DNA of 64,000 nucleotides from Rhodothermus sp. (GCA_030950375.1 JAUZRN010000018.1:18629-82628), one strand, 5' to 3'; shown: positions 20,290 to 30,943, counted from the stretch's first letter. Notes: generated by a model from the sequence alone, not told the origin. A program made the numbers and translations.

Positions 20290-20385
20290 TTAGCGCTTTT
20301 TCTTTTTGTGGCGGTTTTTGCGCAGGCGCTTTTTCCGCTTGTGGGTCGCAATCTTTTTCCGTTTCCGTTTCCGTCCGCAGGGCAT
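20290..20385 (-). CDS. 31-aa basic protein, bS22/AURKAIP1-COX24-like small ribosomal protein (not in ORF track)
   Basis: Hand translation MPCGRKRKRKKIATHKRKKRLRKNRHKKKKR*, resembling the Bacteroidota bS22 pattern MPSGKKRKRHKxATHKRKKR..NRHKKK. Confidence 0.88.
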   Translation of the reverse strand: MPCGRKRKRKKIATHKRKKRLRKNRHKKKKR

Positions 20386-20443
20386 AAGGCGCTACACGTT
20401 GGACTGAAGGTGAAGTTGTTTCATACTGAGCAGGGTAAACGCA

Positions 20444-21400
20444 GTGGTTGCCGGAGCGGTTTCTGACACACCCCTGGCATCTATGAAAAAGCTGCCGTAT
20501 TTTTTGTTTTACCTGCCTGAAGGTAAAGCGTTGGAAGGCATGTCCACGCCGTTTTGTCTGCAAACTACGCCCTCCGCGCATACGAAGGCTGGTTCCTCTA
20601 CATCCCTTCCGCCAGTGGTTCTGCTCTATGGGATGCTGGGCGAACCTGCCAACTGGACGACTACAGCTGAAGCCCTGAGAGCGGCCGGTTATCGCGTGCT
20701 GATTCCACCGCTCCCTATTTATGAGCTTCCTCTCCAGGAAAGCAATCTGCAGGGATTAATCGCCTTTCTGGAGCGCTTTCTGGACAGGGCATGTCCGAGA
20801 ACACCGGTCGTCCTGGCGGGAAATTCGCTGGGAGGACAGCTGGCCCTGCTTTATGCCCTGCGCCATCCAGATCAGGTAGCTGCGCTGGTACTGACGGGAG
20901 CCTCCGGCATCTACGAGGTGGAGCTGGGGACTTCGACGCTGCGCCGCTACGATCGGGAGTACATTCGTGAACGGGCGGCCCTGACGTTTTACGACCCCCG
21001 CCATGCTACCGACGAGCTGGTCGATCGTGTGCAGGTTACCCTCAACGATCGCCAGAAAGTCCTGCGGCTGATCCGCATGGCCCGTTCAGCTCAACGTGAA
21101 ACTGTTACCGAACGCCTGCACGAGCTCACGATGCCGGTATTGCTGATCTGGGGACGTAACGACCGCATCACACCGCCGGATGTAGCCTATACCCTCCGGA
21201 AACGCTTGCCTGCAGCCACGCTGCACTTTATTGACCGCTGTGGTCATGCCCCTATGATGGAGCATCCAACGCGGTTCAATGCGCTCCTGCTGGCATTTCT
21301 GCAGCAACACTTTCCTCCTGTTGCCCCGAATGGACGCCAGGCATCTGCTTTTGTTAACAGCCCAGACGCATCGCCCGCCCTGCCGACTAACACACGATAG
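20444..21400 (+). CDS. Alpha/beta hydrolase; true start probably about 20483-20540
   Basis: Nucleophile GNSLGG, WGRNDRITP and CGHAPMMEHP. Confidence 0.9.
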   Translation: MVAGAVSDTPLASMKKLPYFLFYLPEGKALEGMSTPFCLQTTPSAHTKAGSSTSLPPVVLLYGMLGEPANWTTTAEALRAAGYRVLIPPLPIYELPLQESNLQGLIAFLERFLDRACPRTPVVLAGNSLGGQLALLYALRHPDQVAALVLTGASGIYEVELGTSTLRRYDREYIRERAALTFYDPRHATDELVDRVQVTLNDRQKVLRLIRMARSAQRETVTERLHELTMPVLLIWGRNDRITPPDVAYTLRKRLPAATLHFIDRCGHAPMMEHPTRFNALLLAFLQQHFPPVAPNGRQASAFVNSPDASPALPTNTR

Positions 21401-21586
21401 TTTCCCCCTGTCGGCACGCTACTTGCAGGGTACTGTTCATGGCTGCGCGCTCTGCCTCCTGGGTGTTGCATGCCATCCTGCGGTGAGCCTCCGCCGATCG
21501 GGCAGGTACGAAGGGTGAGCGTACCTGCCCGATGCGTTTCTGGATCTTCCGCTCTGCAGCGTGGTGTACGTCGATAAAAACCGGCA

Positions 21587-22042
21587 GTGATGCAGAGGGA
21601 GCGCTTACAGGCCCTGTGTATGCTGCTGACAATAGCCGCCATGGGCTGCAGCCCGCGCCTGGTTCCGTTATACTACGACTACCGGGTGCCCGATACCACG
21701 CAGGCCCCTTTACATCTTGTGGCCCGCGCGCTGCAATCGACCGGCTGGATAGTAAGCCGGACCACCCCCACACATTTACAGACAACCCCACGCACCTTCC
21801 AACACTGGGGCCTCTACCGAGTTGTGGTACGCCTGGAAGCCGTTCCCGTAGACAGCGACTTCGTACGTCTGTTCTTTCATCCCTACCGACAGTACCTCAC
21901 CGGACAACGCAGTAAAATTCCTTACCTCCCGGCCGGTCTGCAGGCCACCTTGCTGCCCCAACTGCATACAGCCCTTGAAGCGCAGGGATTAAAACCGGCC
22001 GGCACGGCCTTCGAGCGAGACCAGATACGCCCGCATTGGTAA
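21587..22042 (+). CDS. Hypothetical lipoprotein
   Basis: Lipobox IAAMGC and a 151-aa ORF leading into tmRNA. Confidence 0.75.
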   Translation: MMQRERLQALCMLLTIAAMGCSPRLVPLYYDYRVPDTTQAPLHLVARALQSTGWIVSRTTPTHLQTTPRTFQHWGLYRVVVRLEAVPVDSDFVRLFFHPYRQYLTGQRSKIPYLPAGLQATLLPQLHTALEAQGLKPAGTAFERDQIRPHW

Positions 22043-22089
22043 TGGAACTTTTTGAAGCATTCTCGGGTTAGAAGCAGGCGTTCTTTGAA

Positions 22090-22456
22090 GGGGATGAACA
22101 GGATTCGACGGGTGGTAAACGCACGGCAGGCTGCGTGCCGAGCTGCCCGGCATGCTCGTTAATCTCGCCGGGAAAAAGTAAGTGCGAACGACTACTCGTA
22201 CGCGATGGCGGCCTAATTCGCCCGCCATCTGTCTCCCGCGCAGCGCGTCCGCCCGCGCGCGGCGAGGCATCGTCTCAGGCGGACTGGCTGTAGCCGGTGC
22301 CGGCTGAACCGGCACAGCGAGATACGCATCAGCCTGGGTTCATGCCTGGCCTTGCCGGCCGGCATACGGCATGAACGACAACGAATAGGCCGGCTACGCA
22401 CGTAGACGCCTGACCGGGCGGCCATCCGGACGCGGGTTCGATTCCCGCCATCTCCA
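22090..22456 (+). ncRNA. ssrA: tmRNA
   Basis: 5' GGGGATGAACAGGATTCGAC pairs with 3' CATCTCC-A (G3-U wobble), T-arm GGGTTCGATTCCC, and internal tag ORF ANDYSYAMAA* at 22184-22216. Confidence 0.97.
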
Positions 22457-22462
22457 CAATCC

Positions 22463-22506
22463 AAAGGCCGTAAGCCCTCTTTCGTAGAGCTTACGGCCTT
22501 TTTCTT
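22463..22506 (+). terminator. Terminator after tmRNA, possibly bidirectional
   Basis: 13-bp stem aaaggccgtaagc/gcttacggccttt followed by a T tract. Confidence 0.85.
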
Positions 22507-22525
22507 TTGCAACAAATTGTCTCCC

Positions 22526-25500
22526 TCACAGGCGTAATATCCGCTGAACCGTCTGAAACTGCTCGCCCACGACCCGTAGTACATACAGGCCGCTGGCCCA
22601 CCGATCCCCATCAAATCGAAAATGATAAGGTCTGGCTGCATCCAGCTTGCCCTGATATAAAACGGCAATGCGTCGTCCCAGTATATCAAAAAGTTCGATA
22701 CGGACCGGTTGGCCCTCTCGTACATGAAGCGTAAAGTGGATCCAGCGGCGTGTAGGGTTGGGATATATCTGACTTATCTGATAAGGCGCCTTTCCAAACT
22801 CGGCCCCCGGGGTTACAACCACCGAAAACATCTCGCGCGAGGTTGCCAGAGCAAACTCCGAAAAGGCGGTCAGCCCATCTGTGCATAGATAGACAACATT
22901 GCCTACCAGCCGAGCATAGGAGTCGTGCGGCCTCCATGCTTCGGTGTCTGTGGCACGGCGGGTAATGACCAGAGTCCCCGGATCCACCATTTGACTCAAG
23001 CTACTGATGTTCAAACACACCGTGTAGGTCATCCCGCTCAACATAGGGGCCTCCACGGTCCAGAACCACTCGGTCAATACGGTATCAGCCACGATAGCGC
23101 CCGAAGGGGCCTGCACGGTGATGCCGATCATACGCTGCGCATTTTCAGGGGCCTCGAAGCGCTGCTGCGCGGTCAGCGATCCATCTGTCGTGCTGCCTTC
23201 GGTAAACGTTATGAGCAGACCAGCTTCGCTGAGATCGAACGTACCGGTTTCATCCGCTGCGACGGTAACCGTGGCCGTTCTTGATCCCGACGGCTGCACG
23301 ACGAGTTCTATCTCGGCTTTATTGTTGGCCAACACCGTATCAAGCCCAGCCCCAGAAACCAGCGCATAACTAAGGTAGCGACCCGGAACGGTTGGCTGCG
23401 CCCCTACGGTAACCGTAACCGATGCGCCCGAGGTGATGGTACCCAACGCACAGCGTAAATGCTGACCATAATCCACCACGCAGCTACCCTGTGTGGCCGC
23501 AATCGACAGCGGCTCCAGGCCGACCGCCAGTACCGGTAACAGGCGCACAGCAGGTACATCTTTCCCGCCCTGGTTTGTTACCTGGAACAGGTAAACCACC
23601 GAATCCCCTAAGACAACCGTTGACCTCTCGGCAGATACGGTAACCCCCAGATCTGCCGGCATCAGCGTTGCCGGCGTCAGCAGATAAGCATACGTGCTGT
23701 CTTCGGCAGCGACCGTTCTCCCATATGTTGTAAGCCAATCATCCCTCGTGTAAGCTAAAATCTGACCGGCTTCGTTGATATCCACAGCGCCATCCAGACG
23801 CCTGCTCTCCTCAGGCACAACCAGACACTCCAACGCATAGGCTCTCTCGGCACTAGCCCAGAAGGCACGCCAGAAGACCATGCCCTTTTCCTCATCCTCG
23901 AAGCGAGCGTTTCCCACTACTTCGCCCGTGCTGGTTACCGCTGTAGGGTACATAAAGACATAACCCGGCAAGATCGGATAAGCAAATTGTGCCTCAATTT
24001 GATCCTGGTACTGATAGGCCTCCATAAGCGGCGCGACAATTGTGCCCGCACTGTTGAAACGTGGAATGCCTGTTGCCCCCGCGGTCCAGAAACGAAACGT
24101 AAACAGCGGCCGCTCCCCCTCACGCCAGACGATCCCGTGCGTCTCACGCGCCCAGGACGTAGCCCGCTGGATGATGCCCAGGACCTCACCCCGTTCATTC
24201 AGCCCCCGATACGGCATCGACAACGTGGCCCCGTCCCAGACTTCGGACAACCGCAACCGTTCTGGGGCTTCGCCACTCCATCGATAGATTCCATCTGCAC
24301 CGGCCCCAGCAAATTGTCCTCGGTTGTTCACGGCGACAAACGTGCCCGATTGATCCCAGATTTTCAGGATTCCATTCCGCCAGAGAACTGGTTGCGTTTG
24401 CGAAAGTCCTGAGGTGGCAAACCCGACAATCCATCCATGATCGTTCACATCAACAGGCCGGACCGAGGTGCTGGATTCAGGCAGAGGTAACGGCTGCAAT
24501 CCCTCTTGCATCGACCAGATATACGGTATCATACCTGCCATTCCCACAACCTGCCCATAATTATTCAGCGCTTCTGGCCGATTATGTGCGGTGCCCGGCG
24601 CAAAACCGATGTCGGTTACCCGGTATTGCCGGGGCGCGGGCATCAGGTCAAGGGTTTCACTGAGTTTGCGATCTCGATAGAAGGCGATCAGATCTGCCTG
24701 CACAGGCTCGTCCACTGGGGATGTCTGGGCGGTAATGGATACCTGCCGGGCACGAGCCGGGAACGATACCGTGGGCGTTAACCTCACCCGTGTCGGGTCG
24801 GTGCTCTGCAACTGGATTATTGCCCCTTCCGGCGGCGCTTCGCCATTCAGCACCAGATCCAGAACGATCGGAAACCCACCTACAGCCCCCCATCTTTGTC
24901 TCCCGTTCAGCTCCAGCAAACAGGGAGAAGCAAGCGGATTGTATGTAAGGCGCTCCAGATCTGCCGGACGCACCACGATCGTCGCATCCAGTCCGTAGAT
25001 AAACTGAGAAACCACAACCCTGACCGTAGTGTCCTGACTTACACCGCGAGTCTGCAAAGAGAAAAATCCCTGGGTTGTCCCTTCCCAGAAAATGAGCGAA
25101 TCTGCTTCGAGCTCAACAATCTGGGGGTTGTCTGAGGTTAACCAGGCTGTCCAGTTTCCGGAAGGCGCCGGGCCACTCAGCGTTACGGTTCCAGACACCG
25201 AAGCGCCCCCGACAACGGAATCAGGATCTAATTGCACGTCCGCAATAACCGGCGGATAGATTAAAAACGAAGCGGTCTGGTTGCTTGCGCCATACGTCGC
25301 GGTAAGCGTAACCGAAGTGGTGGTTCGGACGGGCTCTGTCCTTACCGTGAACGTCGCCTGCAACGCCCCTTCTTCAATTTCGACCGTCTGATTTACCGTA
25401 GCCGATTCGTGATCAACGGAAAGGGCTATCAAAACGCCCCCAGCAGGTACGACCCGATTCACAGCCACCGTTCCAGAAATCCGTGTCCCTCCGGTCACGG

Positions 25501-26863
25501 AAGTCGTTTCAAGAGCCAGGCTAACAAGCTGCACCCCGGACATACCCGCTCGCACCACCAGGGCTGCCGAGACCTGAACACTTCCATCCGTTGCCGTAAT
25601 TGTGACTGTTTCATCAGCAGCTACTGCCTGGGTAATGATCGTAAAACTCTCCGAAGTGTTACCAGTAGCCACCGTGACACTGCCCGGCAGCTGAACGGCC
25701 GCACTGTTGCTGCTCAGCGTAAACGTCTTTCCCCCGGCCGGAGCGGGTACAGCCAGGATCAGCGTGCCTGTGACCACCTCGCCCCCAACAACTTCCGAGG
25801 GGGCCAGGCTCAACGACACAGTTACACAGGCCTGAGGTGCCGCATTGACCGCCAACTCGGTATCGTTTCCTCCAGAGCGCAAGACGTGATGCGTATCGGT
25901 GCTTCGTAACTCATAAGGCACCAGCTTAGTGGTCTGACTGGTAAGAACCTCACCATTTCGAGTGCGAAACAGGGTAATCTGCATTTGCGTGGCGCCTGAC
26001 TGGAGCACCAGCCCAATCACATCCCCGCAGGGCGCAAATCGCCACGCCGCCCCGCTTACATTACTTATTGGTTGCGCCTGCACCACCTGGCCTGCGGCCA
26101 GATTCACCAGATACCAGCTGACCGAGTTCGGTCCGGTATCCACGACATAAGCCAACGTCCGGTCCTGCGTATCCGGACTGAACCCCCAGCTCATCCCTCC
26201 TACCTTATCGCCGGGCTGTCCTGCTTGATGTAACGAATGACTTGCCTGGTATGCGATGCGACCATCTCGAGCGCTCACGCTCATAAAGACCTGCCCCCGC
26301 CGACCGGTCACGCCATCCCCCGGATCGGTCACGACAACGTAAAGCAGATAATGCCCCTGATCCGAAAAACGAACAACCGAGGGACCTGCCTGGGTTAGCT
26401 CATATCGCTGAACCGGATTGCTGGAACCTTGCTCCAGGTCATACAACAACACACGTTGCTGTTCCGCACTATCTACCCCCCACACTACGAATCGATGGTC
26501 ATCCGGGCTGAATCCCCACCGCAAGTCTGCGCTATTAAACGATACACGTAATACTTCTTCACCGCTGGAAACTCTGACAATCGTCAGCGTCACACTGCTC
26601 CCTCCGCCTCCTTTTACAGACAACGCGTAAAGCCCATTGGGTGAAGTCGCCCGGTTTGCATACTGAGGATCTTCAACCAGTGCCGGCGCCTTCCCTTTAT
26701 CTGGCCGTTTATATGCACCGGTTTCTACACACGCGCAATCGATACCTTCAACCGGAACTGTCTGGGCGGTTGCTATGGATGCAGTGACCAGTCCAATGAG
26801 CAGTACCCCCCTCCGCTGCTTGAATCCAAGAGCTCCCATGACACACCTCCCACATGCATGCAT
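22526..26863 (-). CDS. 1445-aa multidomain T9SS cargo protein; start probably about 26839
   Basis: Signal peptide; WGFSPD propeller-like repeats; four Ig-like repeats (V.GG...GTV.L..PAP); HAF-type repeats (NNYGQVVG, NDHGWIVG, NNRGQFAG, NERGEVLG, NEAGQILA); a DUF11-like domain; and a type A CTD (YPNP..FDILGRRI..SGLYVLRV). Confidence 0.88.
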   Translation of the reverse strand: MHACGRCVMGALGFKQRRGVLLIGLVTASIATAQTVPVEGIDCACVETGAYKRPDKGKAPALVEDPQYANRATSPNGLYALSVKGGGGSSVTLTIVRVSSGEEVLRVSFNSADLRWGFSPDDHRFVVWGVDSAEQQRVLLYDLEQGSSNPVQRYELTQAGPSVVRFSDQGHYLLYVVVTDPGDGVTGRRGQVFMSVSARDGRIAYQASHSLHQAGQPGDKVGGMSWGFSPDTQDRTLAYVVDTGPNSVSWYLVNLAAGQVVQAQPISNVSGAAWRFAPCGDVIGLVLQSGATQMQITLFRTRNGEVLTSQTTKLVPYELRSTDTHHVLRSGGNDTELAVNAAPQACVTVSLSLAPSEVVGGEVVTGTLILAVPAPAGGKTFTLSSNSAAVQLPGSVTVATGNTSESFTIITQAVAADETVTITATDGSVQVSAALVVRAGMSGVQLVSLALETTSVTGGTRISGTVAVNRVVPAGGVLIALSVDHESATVNQTVEIEEGALQATFTVRTEPVRTTTSVTLTATYGASNQTASFLIYPPVIADVQLDPDSVVGGASVSGTVTLSGPAPSGNWTAWLTSDNPQIVELEADSLIFWEGTTQGFFSLQTRGVSQDTTVRVVVSQFIYGLDATIVVRPADLERLTYNPLASPCLLELNGRQRWGAVGGFPIVLDLVLNGEAPPEGAIIQLQSTDPTRVRLTPTVSFPARARQVSITAQTSPVDEPVQADLIAFYRDRKLSETLDLMPAPRQYRVTDIGFAPGTAHNRPEALNNYGQVVGMAGMIPYIWSMQEGLQPLPLPESSTSVRPVDVNDHGWIVGFATSGLSQTQPVLWRNGILKIWDQSGTFVAVNNRGQFAGAGADGIYRWSGEAPERLRLSEVWDGATLSMPYRGLNERGEVLGIIQRATSWARETHGIVWREGERPLFTFRFWTAGATGIPRFNSAGTIVAPLMEAYQYQDQIEAQFAYPILPGYVFMYPTAVTSTGEVVGNARFEDEEKGMVFWRAFWASAERAYALECLVVPEESRRLDGAVDINEAGQILAYTRDDWLTTYGRTVAAEDSTYAYLLTPATLMPADLGVTVSAERSTVVLGDSVVYLFQVTNQGGKDVPAVRLLPVLAVGLEPLSIAATQGSCVVDYGQHLRCALGTITSGASVTVTVGAQPTVPGRYLSYALVSGAGLDTVLANNKAEIELVVQPSGSRTATVTVAADETGTFDLSEAGLLITFTEGSTTDGSLTAQQRFEAPENAQRMIGITVQAPSGAIVADTVLTEWFWTVEAPMLSGMTYTVCLNISSLSQMVDPGTLVITRRATDTEAWRPHDSYARLVGNVVYLCTDGLTAFSEFALATSREMFSVVVTPGAEFGKAPYQISQIYPNPTRRWIHFTLHVREGQPVRIELFDILGRRIAVLYQGKLDAARPYHFRFDGDRWASGLYVLRVVGEQFQTVQRILRL

Positions 26864-27496
26864 TAAATCGGTGAAGAGGCAAAACGCAAACCTTGCAGCC
26901 TTCTTCCAGAATACAAACAGTTGAGCTACTGTCCTGGTAGAAAAAGATCGTCCTACCGTTTGCTTATCGCCCGGATGCTCTGCAATTATCGATCAAAATT
27001 TTCTGCGCCAGCAGCCTTTACTACCTTATAAAGGGCGACCATTGGAGTAAGTGCGCCCTGCAAATGGCCAGCAGAATAAATGCTATCTGTAGAACAGCAT
27101 CTCTGGAGCCCTCCTCATCAGATGACTCGCCCACAGACGGCGATTTCGGACATGATCCCTGACGTGTCCATTTCAAACCACTGCGGCCCTGATTCCGTAC
27201 GCAGCAGAAAGCTTCATTATGCCTTGCGCTGTGCCTCCAAATGCGTGACACCTGTAGCAGATTTTTCTCTGCTACGCTGGTCTTCCAGGACGGCGTTTCC
27301 TATGAGCGACCCATAGCCCCCCGGCACACGCCGAAGCCGTGGAGGGATGGCGACCAGGGTCTCGAGGAGCCCCGGACCGGACATGCAGGCTGCACGGTTC
27401 AGCGGGTCTTGCGATTTATTTCTTCTTATCCCCCTGCGAAACAAACTGCTCGCATCGTATTTTCTGTTGCACTACTCACGCAATCCCCCGTGTGCC

Positions 27497-27796
27497 ATGA
27501 CCGACCCGAGACCACAGACCCCGGCGATAACCCTGACCCTGGAGCAACTTTGTCAGGATCTGGCCCGACAGGTAGGTCCGGCACTCCTGCGCCGGTTTCA
27601 TCAGATGGGCTGGACGACGGCCACGCTACGCGATGCGGAAGCGTTCGTCACCAAGGTGGTGACGGAAGCCTGGCGCACGCCCAAGGAGCAATATGATCGC
27701 ACCATTGCCGCCTGCGTCAACCAGGCCCTGGAGCCAGTGCTGCAATTGCACAAGCGTTCGCGTACCAGCATTTCGCTGGAAGTACTTCCCGGTTAA
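27497..27796 (+). CDS. Hypothetical protein (99 aa)
   Basis: ATG-initiated helical ORF with host-like codon usage, ending 18 bp before the DUF2911 gene. Confidence 0.55.
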   Translation: MTDPRPQTPAITLTLEQLCQDLARQVGPALLRRFHQMGWTTATLRDAEAFVTKVVTEAWRTPKEQYDRTIAACVNQALEPVLQLHKRSRTSISLEVLPG

Positions 27797-27814
27797 GCTT
27801 ACCCTCTACCTGCC

Positions 27815-28381
27815 ATGTATCGCTTTTACCCCGCCAGTTTACTATTGGCCCTGCTGATAGCGCCAGCGCCTGCTTATGCTCAGGATACGGTCGAGGTCGT
27901 ACCACCCCCACGTTCGGGCAGTCTGGAGCGCAGCCCCCTGGCGCTGGCTACCACCTGGATCGACAGTACGTACGTCAAAATCGTCTATGGCTCGCCGCGC
28001 AAGCGAGGCCGCGAAATCTTCGGAGCCCTGGTACCCTATGGCGAAATCTGGCGTACCGGTGCCAACGAAGCAACCGAAATCACCACCACCGGCGACCTGA
28101 TCTTTGGCGGCCACCGCCTGCCTGCCGGTACCTATAGCCTCTACACAATTCCCTACCCCGATCGCTGGACGATCATTATCAACCGGGCGCTGGGACAGTG
28201 GGGAACCTTCAACTACAATCCAGAACTGGACCTTTTCCGCTTCGATGTGCCCACCCGTCAGACAGACAAGCGCTACGAAGGCTTTACAATCACCTTTGAA
28301 GAAACAGACGGCCAGACTTACCTGTACCTGCGCTGGGATCGCACCGAAGTACGCATTCCCATAGCGGTTGCCTCAGAATAG
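27815..28381 (+). CDS. DUF2911 family protein
   Basis: Motifs YGSPRKRGREIFG.LVPYGEIWRTGANEAT, AGTYSLYTIP and LRWDRT. Confidence 0.92.
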   Translation: MYRFYPASLLLALLIAPAPAYAQDTVEVVPPPRSGSLERSPLALATTWIDSTYVKIVYGSPRKRGREIFGALVPYGEIWRTGANEATEITTTGDLIFGGHRLPAGTYSLYTIPYPDRWTIIINRALGQWGTFNYNPELDLFRFDVPTRQTDKRYEGFTITFEETDGQTYLYLRWDRTEVRIPIAVASE

Positions 28382-28501
28382 GCGCGGCCTATTTTAACTG
28401 CGCCGTAAATTCTACCACCACCGGGAACGTTTTCCAGTGCGGGTGTCCTATCTTTTTTGTTTTTGAAGTTATCTCCCCCTAACCAAACCTGAACGCAACC
28501 C

Positions 28502-29926
28502 ATGGCACAGATCAAGTTTGGTACTGACGGATGGCGAGCCGTCATTGCCGACGACTTTACCTTCGCCAATCTGAGCCGTGTCGCACAGGCTACCGTTCGC
28601 TGGCTGAAAAAGCGCTATGGCGATCATCCACAGGTAGTCATCGGACACGACACACGTTTTCTGGGACGTGAGTTTGCCGAGCATGTCGCCCGCATTTTTG
28701 CAGCGCAGGGCATTTCAGTACGCCTGGCCAGTACATTCACGACAACGCCGGCCGTGAGCTGGGCTACCAAACACTTTGGCTGTAATGCCGGCATTGTGAT
28801 CACGGCCAGCCACAATCCGCCCAAGTACAACGGCTTTAAAATCAAAGCAGACTTTGGCGGGCCGGCTTCGCCGGAGATGATCGCCGAGGTGGAAAAAGAA
28901 CTGCCCAATGCCGAGCCACCGGCTCAGCTACCTGCTTTTGATGATCTGGTCAGTGAGGACCGCATTACGCTGGTTGATCTGAGCACAGCCTACCTGAACC
29001 ACCTTCGAGAAAAGCTGGACATCGACGGCATCGCTCATAACCTGAAGATCGCCCACGATGCGATGTTCGGTGCTGCCCAGGGCATGGTCAGTCGTCTGCT
29101 GGGCGCCGAGCATGTCGTCGAGCTCCACTGCGACTGGAATCCGGGCTTTCACGGCCGGCCGCCAGAACCCATTGAACGCAACCTGAAAGAGCTGGCCGAG
29201 GTGGTTGTCCGTGAAAAGTGCGACCTGGGCATCGCCAACGACGGCGACGCTGATCGCATTGGCCTGTTTGACGAAAACGGCCGTTTCGTAACTTCCCATG
29301 AAATTCTGGCCCTACTTGTCCGGTATCTCCATAAAGAGCAAGGCTTCAAAGGCGACATTATCAAGACCTTTTCCACCACCCATCTGCTCGACAAGATGGG
29401 TCAGGCCTATGGACTGCGCGTAGAAACGACACCCATCGGCTTTAAGCACATCGCCAAGCAGATGGTTACGCGCGATGTGCTGGTGGGCGGCGAAGAGTCG
29501 GGCGGTATCGCCGTCAAAGGACACATTCCCGAACGCGACGGCATCTATATCGGACTCCTTGTGGCCGAACTGCTGGTGCGCCGCGGAAAGAAACTATCGG
29601 AACTGATACAGGAACTCTTTGACGAATTCGGTCCGCACCATTTCTTCCGCATCGACCTGCACACCACGGATGAGAAAAAGCAGGCTGCGCTGAATCAGCT
29701 ACGTCAGACGGGCGGTCTGAAGGAGGTAGCCGGCGATGCCGTACGGGAGGTGCAGACGCTTGATGGCTTCAAACACATCACGGATCGCGGCTGGGTGCTG
29801 ATCCGGCCTTCGGGTACCGAACCGCTGTTGCGCGTCTATGCCGAGGCGCCTACGCCCGAACAGGCCGAAGCCTACGTGCACCATGCCATTGAGCAGCTTG
29901 GCTTTGCCGAAGTCCCCACTCACTGA
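28502..29926 (+). CDS. Phosphoglucomutase/phosphomannomutase family protein
   Basis: Motifs FGTDGWR, TASHNP, DGDADR, GGEESGG and IRPSGTEP. Confidence 0.95.
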   Translation: MAQIKFGTDGWRAVIADDFTFANLSRVAQATVRWLKKRYGDHPQVVIGHDTRFLGREFAEHVARIFAAQGISVRLASTFTTTPAVSWATKHFGCNAGIVITASHNPPKYNGFKIKADFGGPASPEMIAEVEKELPNAEPPAQLPAFDDLVSEDRITLVDLSTAYLNHLREKLDIDGIAHNLKIAHDAMFGAAQGMVSRLLGAEHVVELHCDWNPGFHGRPPEPIERNLKELAEVVVREKCDLGIANDGDADRIGLFDENGRFVTSHEILALLVRYLHKEQGFKGDIIKTFSTTHLLDKMGQAYGLRVETTPIGFKHIAKQMVTRDVLVGGEESGGIAVKGHIPERDGIYIGLLVAELLVRRGKKLSELIQELFDEFGPHHFFRIDLHTTDEKKQAALNQLRQTGGLKEVAGDAVREVQTLDGFKHITDRGWVLIRPSGTEPLLRVYAEAPTPEQAEAYVHHAIEQLGFAEVPTH

Positions 29927-29951
29927 GGCATCAAGCCACTGTATCTGTTGG

Positions 29952-29980
29952 CGCCGGGCCTGGGAGGGCCCGGCGTTTCT
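29952..29980. terminator. Hairpin between convergent pgm and msrC
   Basis: Stem cgccgggcc/ggcccggcg followed by tttct. Confidence 0.6.
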
Positions 29981-29986
29981 GTTACT

Positions 29987-30520
29987 TCAACGTAGAGACG
30001 TATCGGCAAATCGACGTCCCAGCTCGGCACAAAGCTGCTCCAGATAGTGCTGATCGGTCGCATTGAAAGCAGCCGGTTCGTCCGAGTCAACGTCCAGCAC
30101 GGCGAGTAGACGACCGTCGGGCGTCAGCACTGGAACGACGATTTCAGATTGCGTGGTTGAGGAGCACGCAATGTGATCGGGAAACTGATGTACGTCGGGC
30201 ACGAGCTGGGTCTGCCGCGTGCGGGCGGCGGCACCGCACACCCCTCGACTGAAAGGGATGCGCAGACATCCGTGCGTGCCCTGGTAGGGCCCTACAATAA
30301 GCAGATCGTCTGAAACGGCCCGGTAGAAACCCGTCCAGTGATAATAGTCAAAGGCATGATGCAGCGCACAGGCTACCGTTGCCATGGCGGCGATCCAGTC
30401 CGTCTCGCCTTCAAGCAGCGCATCGATCTGTCGGAGCACGGCTTCATAATGCCGGACTCGCTCTTTGACGCCGGCGTTAACTGAAAGTGGCGACAAAATC
30501 GATAGCGGCTCTGTCATCAC
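29987..30520 (-). CDS. msrC: GAF-domain free methionine-R-sulfoxide reductase
   Basis: Motifs WTGFY, GPYQGTHGCLRIPFSRGVCG, HIACSSTTQSEIVVP and LDVDS. Confidence 0.88.
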   Translation of the reverse strand: MMTEPLSILSPLSVNAGVKERVRHYEAVLRQIDALLEGETDWIAAMATVACALHHAFDYYHWTGFYRAVSDDLLIVGPYQGTHGCLRIPFSRGVCGAAARTRQTQLVPDVHQFPDHIACSSTTQSEIVVPVLTPDGRLLAVLDVDSDEPAAFNATDQHYLEQLCAELGRRFADTSLR

Positions 30521-30943
30521 TGGGAGCGCTCGTTTTAATGGCGTAACAGGAGCTCCCTTCTACGCCAGGTCGCGGTAGAAGATGCCTGACACCACACTTC
30601 TCAGGGCTGGATTTGTACAGTCTCCCCCGGGCGACCACTAAGCATGCACCCTGGCTTCAATGCAGCAACGGCCCCGAACTGTAGCGCAGGCAAAGCGCTT
30701 TCTGTTGAATCTGTTCATCCCCGAAAAAAGTTCGGCCATAACGGTCACTGTTCCTTACGTCAGCTTCCTCAAGCCAATGTCCCGTCTCCAAACCGGTGGA
30801 GCAGCTCTCTCTACATACATGAGGGAGCAAAATGCTTGGGGAGGCTCATGGCAAGGCTATCTTGGCCGAAATTGCCGCATCCGGCACAGGCTCGGAACAG
30901 CAAGCACTACCGCAAAACTCATCCTTCATTGCTCAAGTCTTCC

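Noticed and set aside
26864-27496. Small ORFs upstream of the T9SS cargo gene
   Set aside because: Overlapping short ORFs on both strands with no motifs or RBS; probably a promoter or decayed region.
22440-27500. Integrative element or prophage at the tmRNA 3' end
   Set aside because: No integrase or phage gene, and no duplicated tmRNA 3' end (attR) found downstream in the window.
30530-30700. Possible TPP riboswitch upstream of msrC (gggtgc...ctgaga on the minus strand)
   Set aside because: Lacks the conserved ACCC/GAACCTGA..GGxTAATxCC core, and the downstream gene is unrelated to thiamine.
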